A stretch of DNA of 64,000 nucleotides from Bacteroidota bacterium. GTDB lineage: Bacteria > Bacteroidota > Ignavibacteria > UBA10030. The stretch's first letter is position 1, and each line of letters begins with the position of its first letter. Below the pieces are notes generated by a model. That model was given only the letters and a program-made list of their open reading frames with translations, had not been told where the DNA came from and did no database searches. The stretch covers positions 13,150 through 77,149 of the forward strand of contig JBEKOB010000005.1 of NCBI GenBank assembly GCA_049522195.1, given 5' to 3'. Positions 26,996 to 36,751 of this stretch are shown here, piece after piece. Both the position numbers and the translations under genes were made by a program.

Positions 26996-29437
26996 CTAAC
27001 TCCCTTCGTCCAACCAGATGCCAAACTCGGTCGAATCCTCCTCTCCTGGAGGGACCTCCCCACGGGAGACGTCCTTGGGCTTGAGGAGTGTGATGTTGTC
27101 AGGACTGAAGCCGAAGAGATCGTCAGCTGAGAACACTCGCTTGAAGTCCTCGGGTTCAAAGAAGGTCTCGAACTTGCGCGAGCACTCATTGAGCCGTTCG
27201 ACGTAATAGGCGGTGTTTTCGTCGGGGAAGTTCGGTTCCCACTCCTCCGCAAGCTTGCAGTTTTCGGCGATTTTCACGCCTGCATGAGTACCGGTGACGT
27301 AGTAGGAGATCCGGTCGCCCGGTTTCACAGACAAACTTGATCTCTTGGCGACTTCATAAGCAGCTGCCGGTTTTCGGTTTCCTTCCGTGATTCCCCGGTC
27401 GTACTCCTCCATCGTATCGCGAATTGCTTCTGTCCTGCAAAAATCGATCACATCCCAGCGATGTTGCGTGATGTCGTGCAGGAGAGAAACGTACAGTTTG
27501 TGCAAGCCCTGAATATCGTGCTGAAGCAGGTGATTGATGCAGAACTGGATGTAGTTCTTCGCGAAGCGTTCGAGTGTCCGCGAGATCAGCGAACTTCCTT
27601 TGATGTTCAGTCGGTTTCTGTAATCGAGGAGCGCGTAGTTCTTCTTTCTGTAGCTCAGCATTTTCATGTACCGCCCTGCCAGCAATAGATTGATTCCCTG
27701 AGGAAGCGATTGGGAGAGCTTCTCAACAAAGACCAGCTCCTGCTCTTCACCTCGTACGTTGTCCGGTGGGATGAAATACAGGCCGTCGGTATCGGCCTCA
27801 ATCACCTTGCCATTGTGAAGCTCGACCTCGCGAATGATAGTACGGAGAAGACCCTGACCCGACGACGTGACGCGATCTGCCTGTTCGTAGTCGTTGAAGA
27901 GACCGCGTGGGTATCCCAGATATCCATAAAACGAGTTGATGAGGATTTTGAGAGACGACTGAAATGCATCAAGGCTCGCCCGTTCATTCTCATCATTGGC
28001 CAGGCTCATTTGGTGCTTTGCTTCCAGTCGGGATGCCGTCAGCGATCGCAGCAGGAGCTGAAAAGTCCCCAGCTCGTCAGATGCGGGTTTGATCTGCTGC
28101 GTGAGCATGATGGAAGGGTAGAGGGACTCAATATCAGCGTGCAGGATGTTCTCAACAATACCCGTGATGAAAATGTCGGTATAGGCACCGCTTTGTTGCG
28201 CTCCAAGCTCAGGTTTTGGCACAGAGTGTTTCTGGCGTATGTACTCACGGAGCATCATCAACTCGATTTTTGCGGCGCTTCCAGCGCGCATCACGACATC
28301 ATATGACAGGGGGATCATCCTGGCCTGAAAAAAGTAGCTCCGTGAGAGATGCTCGCTGATGGCTCGAATGTCACTGCAATCCTGTGTCGCTTGCGCGATG
28401 ATCACCCCTGGCTGTTCTCTCCATGCAGCAGCCATCTGATCATGTCCAATAACAACTGCCGGTTTTGTCGCATAGCCGAAGTATTGAGCCAGGTACCGAA
28501 GACCGTACTGTTCGAGGCTTCTCTTTGAGGCGGTATAGGCATGCGCCAGTGTACGCGTATCGACAAGATGTCGCCCTGCAACCTCGAAAATGGCATTCTC
28601 GAATCCTGGCTCGAGAGGATTCCCCCGGGGAGAATAGGATTTGAGGTCTGATTCGTCCCTGCCGAGCGACAATTCGACGGAGAGAATCTCGCCGCGGCGG
28701 GCCAGGTATGGCAGTGTCAGATCAAACAGATCATGACCTTCGATCACATCGGGGTCTTTCTCCCGGAGGATCGCAACGAACCGCCGCAGCATCTCCGGTT
28801 CGGCGACCTTGCGGCTATCGATCACTTCTTCCCAGCCGCAATTGTCCGAAAGGGCGATGGCAAGGATCCGATCCTCCGTCTTCCGCGGGTCGCTCTTCTT
28901 GCCGGAGCGTGAATAGGTTTGGATGCTCACTTGCACCCTGTGAATGTCCTGGAAGGAGAGTCCCTTGAAGAGAGTCGTGCCTGACTGGAGAAGATATTGC
29001 GTGACAGGATCGGGTTTGATCAGAAGGGGTTCGAGTTCGGAGTAATGCGCTGCCCGTTTCAGCGCGCTCTTGTTGTAATTGTTGAGGATGAACCGGATCG
29101 CTTCCCACATATCATTCCAGCGCGGGAAGGCAACCAGATGGCGGAAGAAATTTGATCCGACGAGTTCTTTAATCCAGAAACGTTTCGTGTATGTGTCGAG
29201 CAGCACGGGGCTCGACACATAGAAGAAGGGGAAAAAATCCGCATCGACGGATGTTACCTGGCCGACGACGTTCCTTTGTCCGCCTTCGCGTTCAGTTCTG
29301 ATATAGAGGCGGACAGAAGATTCGCTGAGTTGTTGAACCGCGACGACGTGCTCCAGCGGATTCTGGCCAAACAGAACGGGATCGAATCCGGTGGGGGCTA
29401 CAAACCCCTCTGCGTCACTTCTTCTTGATGTCGACAT
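26996..29437 (-). CDS. polB: family-B DNA polymerase (Pol II-like) with degenerate exonuclease motifs
   Basis: Polymerase motifs are intact: motif [12 protein letters not shown], motif [13 protein letters not shown], motif C EADTDG and KKNYA. The ExoI position reads VSIQT instead of DIET. Confidence 0.85.
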   Translation of the reverse strand: MSTSRRSDAEGFVAPTGFDPVLFGQNPLEHVVAVQQLSESSVRLYIRTEREGGQRNVVGQVTSVDADFFPFFYVSSPVLLDTYTKRFWIKELVGSNFFRHLVAFPRWNDMWEAIRFILNNYNKSALKRAAHYSELEPLLIKPDPVTQYLLQSGTTLFKGLSFQDIHRVQVSIQTYSRSGKKSDPRKTEDRILAIALSDNCGWEEVIDSRKVAEPEMLRRFVAILREKDPDVIEGHDLFDLTLPYLARRGEILSVELSLGRDESDLKSYSPRGNPLEPGFENAIFEVAGRHLVDTRTLAHAYTASKRSLEQYGLRYLAQYFGYATKPAVVIGHDQMAAAWREQPGVIIAQATQDCSDIRAISEHLSRSYFFQARMIPLSYDVVMRAGSAAKIELMMLREYIRQKHSVPKPELGAQQSGAYTDIFITGIVENILHADIESLYPSIMLTQQIKPASDELGTFQLLLRSLTASRLEAKHQMSLANDENERASLDAFQSSLKILINSFYGYLGYPRGLFNDYEQADRVTSSGQGLLRTIIREVELHNGKVIEADTDGLYFIPPDNVRGEEQELVFVEKLSQSLPQGINLLLAGRYMKMLSYRKKNYALLDYRNRLNIKGSSLISRTLERFAKNYIQFCINHLLQHDIQGLHKLYVSLLHDITQHRWDVIDFCRTEAIRDTMEEYDRGITEGNRKPAAAYEVAKRSSLSVKPGDRISYYVTGTHAGVKIAENCKLAEEWEPNFPDENTAYYVERLNECSRKFETFFEPEDFKRVFSADDLFGFSPDNITLLKPKDVSRGEVPPGEEDSTEFGIWLDEGS

Positions 29438-30203
29438 TCAAGAATGGTTTGAGGAGGTCGATCGGGACCGGGAAAATTGTCGTCGAGTTGTTTTCCGTTG
29501 CGATCTCCCGGAGCGTCTGGAGATAGCGCAGCGTCAGGGCGCTTGGTTGGTTACTGAGAATCTCGGCTGCATCAGCCAGGCGCTGAGAAGCTTGAAATTC
29601 GCCTTCGGCAGCAATGACCTTCGCGCGGCGTTCGCGTTCCGCCTCGGCCTGTTTGGCCATCGCTCGTTGCATCTCCTGCGGAAGGTCGATTTGCTTCACC
29701 TCGACATTGGAAACCTTGATTCCCCACGGCTCGGTGTGGCTATCAATGATCTGCTGCAGTTTCAAATTGATTTTCTCACGCTCGGAGAGCAGTTCGTCCA
29801 GTTCCGACTGTCCGAGGACGCTCCGAAGTGTTGTCTGCGAGAGCTGGGATGTAGCAAACAGGTAATTTTCAACGTCGAGGATTGCCTTGTCGGGATCCAT
29901 GACGCGGAAATACACCACCGCATTCACCTTAAGCGATACGTTGTCCTTCGTGATGACATCCTGCGGAGGCACGTCCATGACGACGGTCCGGAGGCTGACT
30001 TTGATCATGCGATCGATCATCGGCACGAGGATGATCAGACCGGGGCCATTGCCATTACCGCCCGGATTGATGACCGCTTTTGATTTCCTGCCCAGCCTGA
30101 AAATCACCGCCCGCTCATAATCCCGAAGGATTCTGATGGAATTCCCTAATATGATGAGCACGAATGCTATTGCAGCGATAATGAGAACAGCGTATGGTTG
30201 CAT
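29415..30203 (-). CDS. SPFH/Band-7 (stomatin-like) protein
   Basis: N-terminal TM helix, then [16 protein letters not shown]...[16 protein letters not shown]...[11 protein letters not shown]. Confidence 0.9.
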   Translation of the reverse strand: MQPYAVLIIAAIAFVLIILGNSIRILRDYERAVIFRLGRKSKAVINPGGNGNGPGLIILVPMIDRMIKVSLRTVVMDVPPQDVITKDNVSLKVNAVVYFRVMDPDKAILDVENYLFATSQLSQTTLRSVLGQSELDELLSEREKINLKLQQIIDSHTEPWGIKVSNVEVKQIDLPQEMQRAMAKQAEAERERRAKVIAAEGEFQASQRLADAAEILSNQPSALTLRYLQTLREIATENNSTTIFPVPIDLLKPFLNVDIKKK

Positions 30204-30232
30204 GACAAACTCCTTTCTGAATGTGAGGTATG

Positions 30233-31522
30233 CTACGATTGAACTTCTTCGACACGCAGCGTCAGGTTTTCAAGTCCAACGATCTTCACTCGTGCATCCT
30301 TCGGAATCTTGCCCGAAACTGAAACGGCATTCCAGATTTCTCCGTGGACTTTTACGCGTCCATCCGGATTGAGCTGTGTAAGCGCTTCTCCGGTTTCTCC
30401 CAGCAATCCCTCGCTTCCTGTGGTCTGCTTCGACTGAAGCGCCCTCAGGCCGAACCCGATAACAAACATGAAGAAGAGAAGCGACAGGGCGGCGCAAGTG
30501 AGTATGACGCTCCAGGAAATCTGTATGAACTCGAGCGCCGAATCGGTCCGGATGAGCATCATAGATCCAAGAATAAGCGCGATAACGCCTCCGACAGTAA
30601 GAATTCCGTGACTGGCTACCTTCAGATCTGCGATAAACAGAATAATCGCGAAAACAATAAGTGCCAATCCGGCATAGTTGATTGGCAATGTGTGAAGAGA
30701 ATAGAAAGCGAGAATCAGGCTGATCCCTCCGACAACGCCCGGGAGCACGGCGCCAGGATTGTAGAGCTCAAACAGCAATCCGTAGATGCCCAGCAGCATC
30801 AGCACGTACGCAATGTTCGGATCGCTGAGTGTGTCGAGAAGGCGCTCGGTGAAGCTCATCTCCCATTGCTGAATCGTCTGACCCCTGGTGTGCAGAGTCG
30901 TGCGGCCCGAAGCGAGCTCGATCGATTGTCCATCGATCGCCGCGAGAAGGCTGTCAGGGTTTCGAGCGATGAGGTCGATGACTCCGGCCTTGAGTGCCTC
31001 CGTCTCCGTTATAGAGAGGCTTCGGCGGACGGCCTCTTCAGCCCATTTGATGTTGCGGTGACGTTTCTCCGCAATGGTTCGTACGAAAGCGGCAGCGTCG
31101 TTCGTGGCTTTCTCCATCATCGTTGAATCCATCCCGCCCTGAAGTGTCACAGGGTGTGCCGCACCGATGTTGGTCCCAGGGGCCATCGCTGCAATATTGG
31201 CTGCAAGCGTGATGAACACGCCCGCGGAGGCGGACTGTGCTCCGGCAGGGGAGACGTATACAACGATCGGAATTTTCGACTCAAGGATGTCACTCACCAT
31301 GACCCGCGTGGACTTCAGCAGGCCACCGGGAGTATTGAGATAGATGATGAGGCACTCAGCATTCTGATCGGCAGCCGCCTGGATACTGCTGTGGAGGAAC
31401 TCGGCGGAGGCGGGATTGATGGTGCCGTCAATCTTGATCGCGTAGACTTTTTGGGCAAGTGCTGTGGTGATTAGAGATGCCGCAAGGAATAACGAAAGCG
31501 TCGCACATCGCAGGATCTTCAT
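30233..31522 (-). CDS. NfeD-family membrane-bound serine protease
   Basis: ClpP-like N-terminal domain ([14 protein letters not shown]), a central block of TM helices and a C-terminal OB-fold tail ([10 protein letters not shown]). Confidence 0.85.
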   Translation of the reverse strand: MKILRCATLSLFLAASLITTALAQKVYAIKIDGTINPASAEFLHSSIQAAADQNAECLIIYLNTPGGLLKSTRVMVSDILESKIPIVVYVSPAGAQSASAGVFITLAANIAAMAPGTNIGAAHPVTLQGGMDSTMMEKATNDAAAFVRTIAEKRHRNIKWAEEAVRRSLSITETEALKAGVIDLIARNPDSLLAAIDGQSIELASGRTTLHTRGQTIQQWEMSFTERLLDTLSDPNIAYVLMLLGIYGLLFELYNPGAVLPGVVGGISLILAFYSLHTLPINYAGLALIVFAIILFIADLKVASHGILTVGGVIALILGSMMLIRTDSALEFIQISWSVILTCAALSLLFFMFVIGFGLRALQSKQTTGSEGLLGETGEALTQLNPDGRVKVHGEIWNAVSVSGKIPKDARVKIVGLENLTLRVEEVQS

Positions 31523-31654
31523 GAGGTGAGCTCCTGACTAGCTCGCTTAAGCGTGGGGAACAGAGCCTCAGCTTAGATGGTTAGGGCCTGTTCGGGGCTG
31601 GAACGTTGACGTAGTTCCAGTACCCGGTGCTGCAATAGCGTGTTTCTGTGGCTG

Positions 31655-31741
31655 CGGAGAGAGTGGGATTCGAACCCACGGTACCCTTTCAGGCACACAC
31701 GCTTTCCAGGCGTGCCAGTTCAGCCACTCCTGCATCTCTCC
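31655..31741 (-). tRNA. tRNA-Ser (anticodon GGA)
   Basis: Hand fold. Acceptor ggagaga/tctctcc, 3-bp D-stem, anticodon stem cacgc/gcgtg with loop ctGGAaa, long variable arm, T-arm gtggg-ttcgaat-cccac. Confidence 0.9.
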
Positions 31742-31760
31742 GTTTCGGCTTTGTGACCCA

Positions 31761-31789
31761 ATAATAGCAAAAGATGCCTGAAAATGCAA
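31761..31789 (-). promoter_or_regulatory. sigma70-type promoter of tRNA-Ser(GGA) (TTGCAT-17 nt-TATTAT)
   Basis: Read on the minus strand. The -10 element lies about 20 nt upstream of the tRNA 5' end. Confidence 0.55.
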
Positions 31790-32056
31790 CGGAGATAGAA
31801 CCGGCGGAAGCGTTCGCTGCGAGGAGCTCCGAGTAGCGTGTGAAAGCCATTGCAGGCTACCTATGATCCTTATTGAAATTCCGCAAACGCTTTCTGCCAG
31901 CGAGGAGGAAGAGTATAATCGCAGGGCGAACGCGATCAGATTGCGCAGCAGTGTGATGCCTCTTGAGTATGCAAAATACCGAATGACTCCGATCCGTTAT
32001 CATGATCAGAAAGCCATCTGCCGGAGTCTCGAACATCTTCATACTACTGCGACCGT

Positions 32057-32085
32057 TTGAAGTTCGGTAAATCAAATCGTATATT
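32057..32085 (+). promoter_or_regulatory. sigma70-type promoter of tRNA-Ser(CGA) (TTGAAG-17 nt-TATATT)
   Basis: Exact 17-nt spacer. The -10 element lies 22 nt upstream of the tRNA 5' end. Confidence 0.55.
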
Positions 32086-32107
32086 ATGTCGTGAGAGTCG
32101 ACCACAC

Positions 32108-32195
32108 GGAAGGGTGCGAGAGTGGTTGAATCGGCCGGTCTCGAAAACCGGAATACCGCCTAGCGGTATCGAGGGTTCGAATCCCTCCCCTTCCG
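32108..32195 (+). tRNA. tRNA-Ser (anticodon CGA)
   Basis: Hand fold. Acceptor ggaaggg/cccttcc, anticodon stem ccggt/accgg with loop ctCGAaa, variable arm ataccgc-cta-gcggtat, T-arm gaggg-ttcgaat-ccctc. Confidence 0.9.
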
Positions 32196-32563
32196 CGAAT
32201 CACCAAATGGTCTCCCACCTTGGGCTTTCGCCACACATCCTTCCGCCGAGCGTCAAAGCCGTTCTGCAACCGGTGATAGAGCGCAAATACCATCTGCGCA
32301 GAATGTCTCAAGAAGATCAGGTCAAACAAACACAAGAACCCCATCGTATCCAAACGTAATCGCTCGCGTTTTATTTTTCCTCTATACCGATTTTCTGAAA
32401 TTCTTGCCACCCAGAACCGGTCTGCCATCGTCTGTTGCACAAATCACTTACAGGCGCTCAGGAACAAAACACTTCGCGGGCTTGTTTAGAAGTTGTGTTG
32501 ACGGAATAACGTTAGTGAATTTGAGAACTGATGAGGTGAGGATTCGTGGAGAACGCCGTTTCC

Positions 32564-32592
32564 TTGACATTTCCTGCGTGTTTTGATATATT
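32564..32592 (+). promoter_or_regulatory. consensus sigma70 promoter (TTGACA-17 nt-TATATT) of the Fur-family gene
   Basis: Read directly. Located about 30 nt upstream of ATG 32624. Confidence 0.6.
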
Positions 32593-32623
32593 GCGCCTGA
32601 TAATCTCACGGTGAATTGTCGCA

Positions 32624-33019
32624 ATGCAAACCCTCGGGACGAAACGTAGCAGACAACGGGAGAAGATCTATCAGGTACTGAAGAGGACAACTTCTCATCC
32701 AACCGCCGAGTGGGTTCACGAACAGGTTCGTGAGCAAATACCGCGGGTGTCTCTCGGCACAATTTACCGAAACCTCCACATCCTTACAGCGCAGGGGAAA
32801 ATTCGCGAACTCGATTTCGGTGAAGGACTTCACCGATACGACGCGACTATAGAACAACACTACCATTTTGTTTGTAAACAGTGTGGCGTTGTGAGGGACC
32901 TCCCAGTTCCTCCTCAAAATGACCTCCACGAACGTGTGCGCGATGTCGTACCGGGAACTGTCTCGTCGCATCGCTTGGATTTCTATGGGGTCTGCAATGA
33001 TTGCCTCGGCAAAATCTGA
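32624..33019 (+). CDS. Fur-family transcriptional regulator (PerR-like by context)
   Basis: RSRQREKIYQVL..., winged-helix region, and two CxxC pairs (CKQC, CNDC). Two peroxiredoxin genes follow. Confidence 0.8.
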   Translation: MQTLGTKRSRQREKIYQVLKRTTSHPTAEWVHEQVREQIPRVSLGTIYRNLHILTAQGKIRELDFGEGLHRYDATIEQHYHFVCKQCGVVRDLPVPPQNDLHERVRDVVPGTVSSHRLDFYGVCNDCLGKI

Positions 33020-33241
33020 AATCCCTGTTCCGCCGCGTGGCTGAGTGGCGGAGAGCACAGTCGGTCTTCAATCATTCTTCCGTCTTGTGAAATGGCGCGA
33101 CAGGGAAAGACTGGTTGTATTCTCACGTTGCGGCCGGAAGGCCCGGTATCGTCGATTGTGCAATCAGTCTCCAGGCGAACAACCGAAGTGTAACAAAACA
33201 ATCAAATCATTCACTAAATTAAGATGAAAGTTGGAGGAAGT

Positions 33242-33715
33242 ATGGCCGTACGAGTAGGAGATAAAGCTCCTGATTTTACACTGGTGGATGGAGACAGGAA
33301 ACCGCGTTCTCTGAGCGAATTCCTGGGCAAGAAGACTGTCCTGGCATTTTTCCCTGGAGCTTTCACAGGGGTTTGTACAAAGGAGATGTGCACGTTCAGG
33401 GACTCCCTGAGCCGCTTCAATGAGATGAACGCCCAGGTTGTCGGAATCAGCGTCGACGCCCCGTTCTCGAACAAGGCATTCGCTACACAGAACAGCCTGC
33501 AATTCCCGATTCTTTCAGACTATAGCCGATCGGCCGTGAAAGCGTACGGGATCGTCCTTGACGATTTTGCTGGCCTTGCAGGATACGCGGCTGCGAAGAG
33601 GTCGGTGTTCGTCCTCGACAAAGGCGGCGTCATCCGATACGCCTGGGTGAGCGATAATCCCGGCGTTGAGCCTAACTACGATGAAATCTCAAAGACACTC
33701 TCCTCGATCCAATAA
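33242..33715 (+). CDS. peroxiredoxin (AhpC/TSA-redoxin family)
   Basis: VGDKAPDFTL...FFPGAFTGVCTKE. ATG 33242 follows a GGAGG. The ORF track start is 33224. Confidence 0.8.
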   Translation: MAVRVGDKAPDFTLVDGDRKPRSLSEFLGKKTVLAFFPGAFTGVCTKEMCTFRDSLSRFNEMNAQVVGISVDAPFSNKAFATQNSLQFPILSDYSRSAVKAYGIVLDDFAGLAGYAAAKRSVFVLDKGGVIRYAWVSDNPGVEPNYDEISKTLSSIQ

Positions 33716-33726
33716 TGATTCCTATA

Positions 33727-33756
33727 AAGGCAGCCCGCATCTGTGGGTTGCCTTTT
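33727..33756 (+). terminator. probable intrinsic terminator
   Basis: aaggcagccc...gggttgcctt 10-bp stem (one G-U pair) followed by a short T-tract. Confidence 0.5.
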
Positions 33757-33825
33757 ACTGATGGGTCGGATTTTGATGAAGCAGCAGACTGTCTTGGAAT
33801 AATCTGTAGAGCACGAAAGGGACCA

Positions 33826-34281
33826 ATGATGTTGAAAATCGGGGACAAAGCGCCTCAGTTCTCGCTTCCGACGGGTGACGGCAAGATGCTTGCCCTCAAA
33901 GATCTGAAAGGGAAAAAAGTCGTCCTGTATTTCTATCCGAAGGACAACACCTCCGGTTGCACGAAGGAGGCTTGTTCGTTCCAGGAAAACCTTTCTGCCG
34001 TGAAGAAAAAAGGAGCCATCGTCCTGGGTGTGAGTGCCGACAGCGTCTCGTCGCACAACAAGTTTGCGTCAAAATATGACCTAAGCTTTCCTCTCCTGAG
34101 TGATGAAAAGAAGGAAGTCCTGAAAGCGTACGGAGTCTGGAAAGAGAAGTCGATGTACGGACGGAAATCTATGGGGATTGAGCGGACGACCTTCGTCATC
34201 GATGAGGAGGGGAAGATTGTCCGGATATTTTCAAAGGTGAAGGTCGATGGTCACACCGACGAGGTGCTGTCGGCATTATGA
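33826..34281 (+). CDS. bcp: thioredoxin-dependent thiol peroxidase (Bcp/PrxQ)
   Basis: IGDKAPQFSLP...VLYFYPKDNTSGCTKEAC. ATG 33826 lies downstream of the terminator, whereas the ORF track start 33715 spans it. Confidence 0.85.
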   Translation: MMLKIGDKAPQFSLPTGDGKMLALKDLKGKKVVLYFYPKDNTSGCTKEACSFQENLSAVKKKGAIVLGVSADSVSSHNKFASKYDLSFPLLSDEKKEVLKAYGVWKEKSMYGRKSMGIERTTFVIDEEGKIVRIFSKVKVDGHTDEVLSAL

Positions 34282-34298
34282 AAAAGGGAGCTTGACAG

Positions 34299-34706
34299 AT
34301 GGTGTACGTGACTCGCAGGGCCACGTTTAGTGCGGCCCATCGCCTCTACAATCCGCAGCTTACAGAAGCTGAGAACGAGGCGGTCTATGATAAGTGCTCG
34401 AACAAGCATGGGCATGGCCATAATTATGTTGTGGAGGTGACGGTAGCGGGAGAACCGCGGCCGGAAACCGGGTATGTGATCGACCTCAAGAAGCTCAAGG
34501 AGATTGTCGGGCGGGAAATTATCGAGAAGGTTGATCACAAGCATTTGAATCTCGATGTGGATTTTATGCAAGGTGTTATTCCAACGGCAGAAAATATTTC
34601 GAAAGCATTCTGGAAGGTGCTGTATCCGAAGATTTCAGAGGGGAGGTTGTACTCAATACGGTTGCATGAAACAGAGAACAATGTTGTTGAATATCGGGGA
34701 GAGTGA
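34299..34706 (+). CDS. 6-pyruvoyl-tetrahydropterin / 6-carboxy-tetrahydropterin synthase (PTPS/QueD family)
   Basis: FSAAHRL...[11 protein letters not shown]...HKHLNLD motifs. Confidence 0.85.
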   Translation: MVYVTRRATFSAAHRLYNPQLTEAENEAVYDKCSNKHGHGHNYVVEVTVAGEPRPETGYVIDLKKLKEIVGREIIEKVDHKHLNLDVDFMQGVIPTAENISKAFWKVLYPKISEGRLYSIRLHETENNVVEYRGE

Positions 34707-35290
34707 CAATGGCGAAAGCTACAGACACGGGGAATCTTGAAAAGATTGTTCGGAATATTCTTGTCGAAATCGGAGAGGACCCGAAGCGCGAGGGTCTATT
34801 AAAGACTCCAGACCGTGTAGCGAAGATGTACCAATTCCTCACCAAGGGATATCACGAAGATATTGATAAAGTTCTGAACAAGGCGGTGTTCACGGAGCGA
34901 TACAGCGAAATGGTCATTGTGCGTGACATCGACTTTTTCAGCCTTTGCGAACATCACCTCGTTCCGTTCTACGGCAAGTGCCATATCGCTTATATCCCGA
35001 ATGGCAAGATCATCGGGTTGAGCAAGATGCCGAGAATCGTGGAAGTGTTTGCCAGGCGGTTGCAGGTACAGGAGCGACTGACACAGCAGATCGCGGAAAC
35101 GATATTCGCTCATCTCAAACCGCAGGGAATTGGTGTCGTGGTGGAAGCACGCCACCTGTGCATGATGATGCGTGGCGTCGAGCAACATGACTCCGTTGCC
35201 ACGACGAGTGCAATGCTCGGGACCTTCCGCGACGACGTAAAGACCCGTGCGGAATTCCTCACGCTCCTCCAACGCAAACTTGAGAGCTGA
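34703..35290 (+). CDS. folE: GTP cyclohydrolase I
   Basis: [21 protein letters not shown] and [15 protein letters not shown] motifs. Confidence 0.95.
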   Translation: MTMAKATDTGNLEKIVRNILVEIGEDPKREGLLKTPDRVAKMYQFLTKGYHEDIDKVLNKAVFTERYSEMVIVRDIDFFSLCEHHLVPFYGKCHIAYIPNGKIIGLSKMPRIVEVFARRLQVQERLTQQIAETIFAHLKPQGIGVVVEARHLCMMMRGVEQHDSVATTSAMLGTFRDDVKTRAEFLTLLQRKLES

Positions 35291-35292
35291 TC

Positions 35293-36012
35293 ATGGTTGG
35301 AGCGCGCATCGTTTGGATTACCGGAGCCGGCTCGGGCATCGGTCGAGCACTCGCCGAAGAATTTGCTTTGCACGGGGACAGCATCGCTGCTACGGCACGC
35401 ACCCTTGCCAACCTCACGGCGCTGCAGGGCCAGATCGAGACTTCTTCAGGGACCTGCAAAGTGTTCCAATGCGACATTTCGAATGCTGAACAGGTCAGGA
35501 CCACCGCCGAATTGATCCGCTCAACGCTGGGTCCGATCGATGTCCTGATCAATAATGCAGGCGTCACGTATTTCAAGGATTTCCTTGCCACCACGATTGA
35601 ACAGTTCGATGAGGTCATGGCGACGAATCTTCGGGGCTTGTTCCTATCGACCAAAGCAGTTCTCCCGATAATGCTGGAGAGGGGAAGTGGATTGATCATC
35701 AATGTTCTATCATATGCGGCGAAAGCGACCTATACAGGCTCGTCTGTTTATGCTGCATCGAAGGCGGGCGCCGAGGCAATGATGAATGTCTTGCGCGCCG
35801 AAACGCGGAGCAAGGGGATCAAAATCATCAACGTGTACCTGGGTGCAGTCTTCACGCCGATCTGGCATCCCAGGCATCGCGAGAAGTACGGACATCAGAT
35901 GATGAAGCCGGCTGAACTCGCCAAAGTTATCTTTGAACTCAGCTGTCAGCCCCCATCGATGGTGATTGAAGATGTCGTCATTCGACCTCAGGTTGGAGAT
36001 CTCCAGGTATGA
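35293..36012 (+). CDS. short-chain dehydrogenase/reductase (SDR)
   Basis: ITGAGSGIGRALA and YAASKAG motifs. Confidence 0.85.
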   Translation: MVGARIVWITGAGSGIGRALAEEFALHGDSIAATARTLANLTALQGQIETSSGTCKVFQCDISNAEQVRTTAELIRSTLGPIDVLINNAGVTYFKDFLATTIEQFDEVMATNLRGLFLSTKAVLPIMLERGSGLIINVLSYAAKATYTGSSVYAASKAGAEAMMNVLRAETRSKGIKIINVYLGAVFTPIWHPRHREKYGHQMMKPAELAKVIFELSCQPPSMVIEDVVIRPQVGDLQV

Positions 36013-36722
36013 ATCTCAAGGGCGCTCATGCATTGGTGACAGGAGCAGGACGGGGGATCGGCAGGGCCATCGCCCTTTCCCTGGCGAAAGAAGGAGCAGA
36101 AATCGTGCTGACCGCTCGGACTCACGCTGAACTCGCTCAGGTGAAGAAGGAGATCGAGTCGATCGGGGGAAAAGCTCTGATGATCCCGGCCGATCTCACC
36201 ATCGATTCTCAGATCGAAAAACTCTTCGAAGAAATCAGTGCGAAATACTCGCGACTCGATATACTTGTAAATAACGCGGGGATCGGAGTCTTTGCTCCTG
36301 TGCGTTCGCTGGCGGTTGCGGACTTTGATCGGATGTGGAACTTGAATATGCGGGCTGTGATGGTAGTGACTCAGCACGCGTTGAAATTCATGGAAGCACA
36401 AAAGGCCGGTGCTATTGTCAATGTTGCTTCGCTGGCAGGCAGGAACGCGTTCGTCGGTGGAGCAGGCTATGCGGCTACAAAATGGGCTCTGATTGGTTTC
36501 TCCCGCTCGTTGATGCTCGAAGTTCGCGAACAGAATATACGCGTGATCACAATTTGTCCAGGTTCAGTCGATACCTCGTTTTCCCCAACCCCAAAGGAAC
36601 CCTCCAGGTCGGAGAAGATACTGCATCCGCAGGACGTCGCTGATACGATCCTTTCAGCTCTTATGCTCCCGGATCGGGCGATGGTCAGCGAGATCGATAT
36701 CCGGCCGACCACCCCCAAATAA
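36009..36722 (+). CDS. short-chain dehydrogenase/reductase (SDR)
   Basis: VTGAGRGIGRAIA, NNAG and YAATKWA motifs. 4-nt overlap with the upstream SDR. Confidence 0.85.
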   Translation: MNLKGAHALVTGAGRGIGRAIALSLAKEGAEIVLTARTHAELAQVKKEIESIGGKALMIPADLTIDSQIEKLFEEISAKYSRLDILVNNAGIGVFAPVRSLAVADFDRMWNLNMRAVMVVTQHALKFMEAQKAGAIVNVASLAGRNAFVGGAGYAATKWALIGFSRSLMLEVREQNIRVITICPGSVDTSFSPTPKEPSRSEKILHPQDVADTILSALMLPDRAMVSEIDIRPTTPK

Positions 36723-36751
36723 CTTGCTACCGTCCTTCTTCCACTGAATCG

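Noticed and set aside
31568-32440. ORFs 31568..31789(-), 32057..32359(+) and 32084..32440(-), which overlap the two tRNA-Ser genes.
   Set aside because: They run through the tRNA sequences. The GGIRTLDT...FRDRPIQPLSHPS peptide is the familiar artefact of translating a tRNA antisense strand.
32196-32440. A possible tyrosine-integrase remnant next to tRNA-Ser(CGA). The minus-strand peptide ...DLIFLRHSAQMVFALYHRLQNGFDARRKDVWRKPKVGDH loosely recalls the integrase box II pattern (LRHT...G...LGH).
   Set aside because: The match rests on only a few residues with wrong spacing. No catalytic Tyr region exists, because the frame runs into the tRNA, and no upstream integrase-like sequence is present. 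It is worth a blastx search but is not supportable by eye.
33715-33825. A 37-codon N-terminal extension of bcp in the ORF track.
   Set aside because: The extension spans the terminator hairpin at 33727..33756. The conserved Bcp N-terminus begins at ATG 33826.
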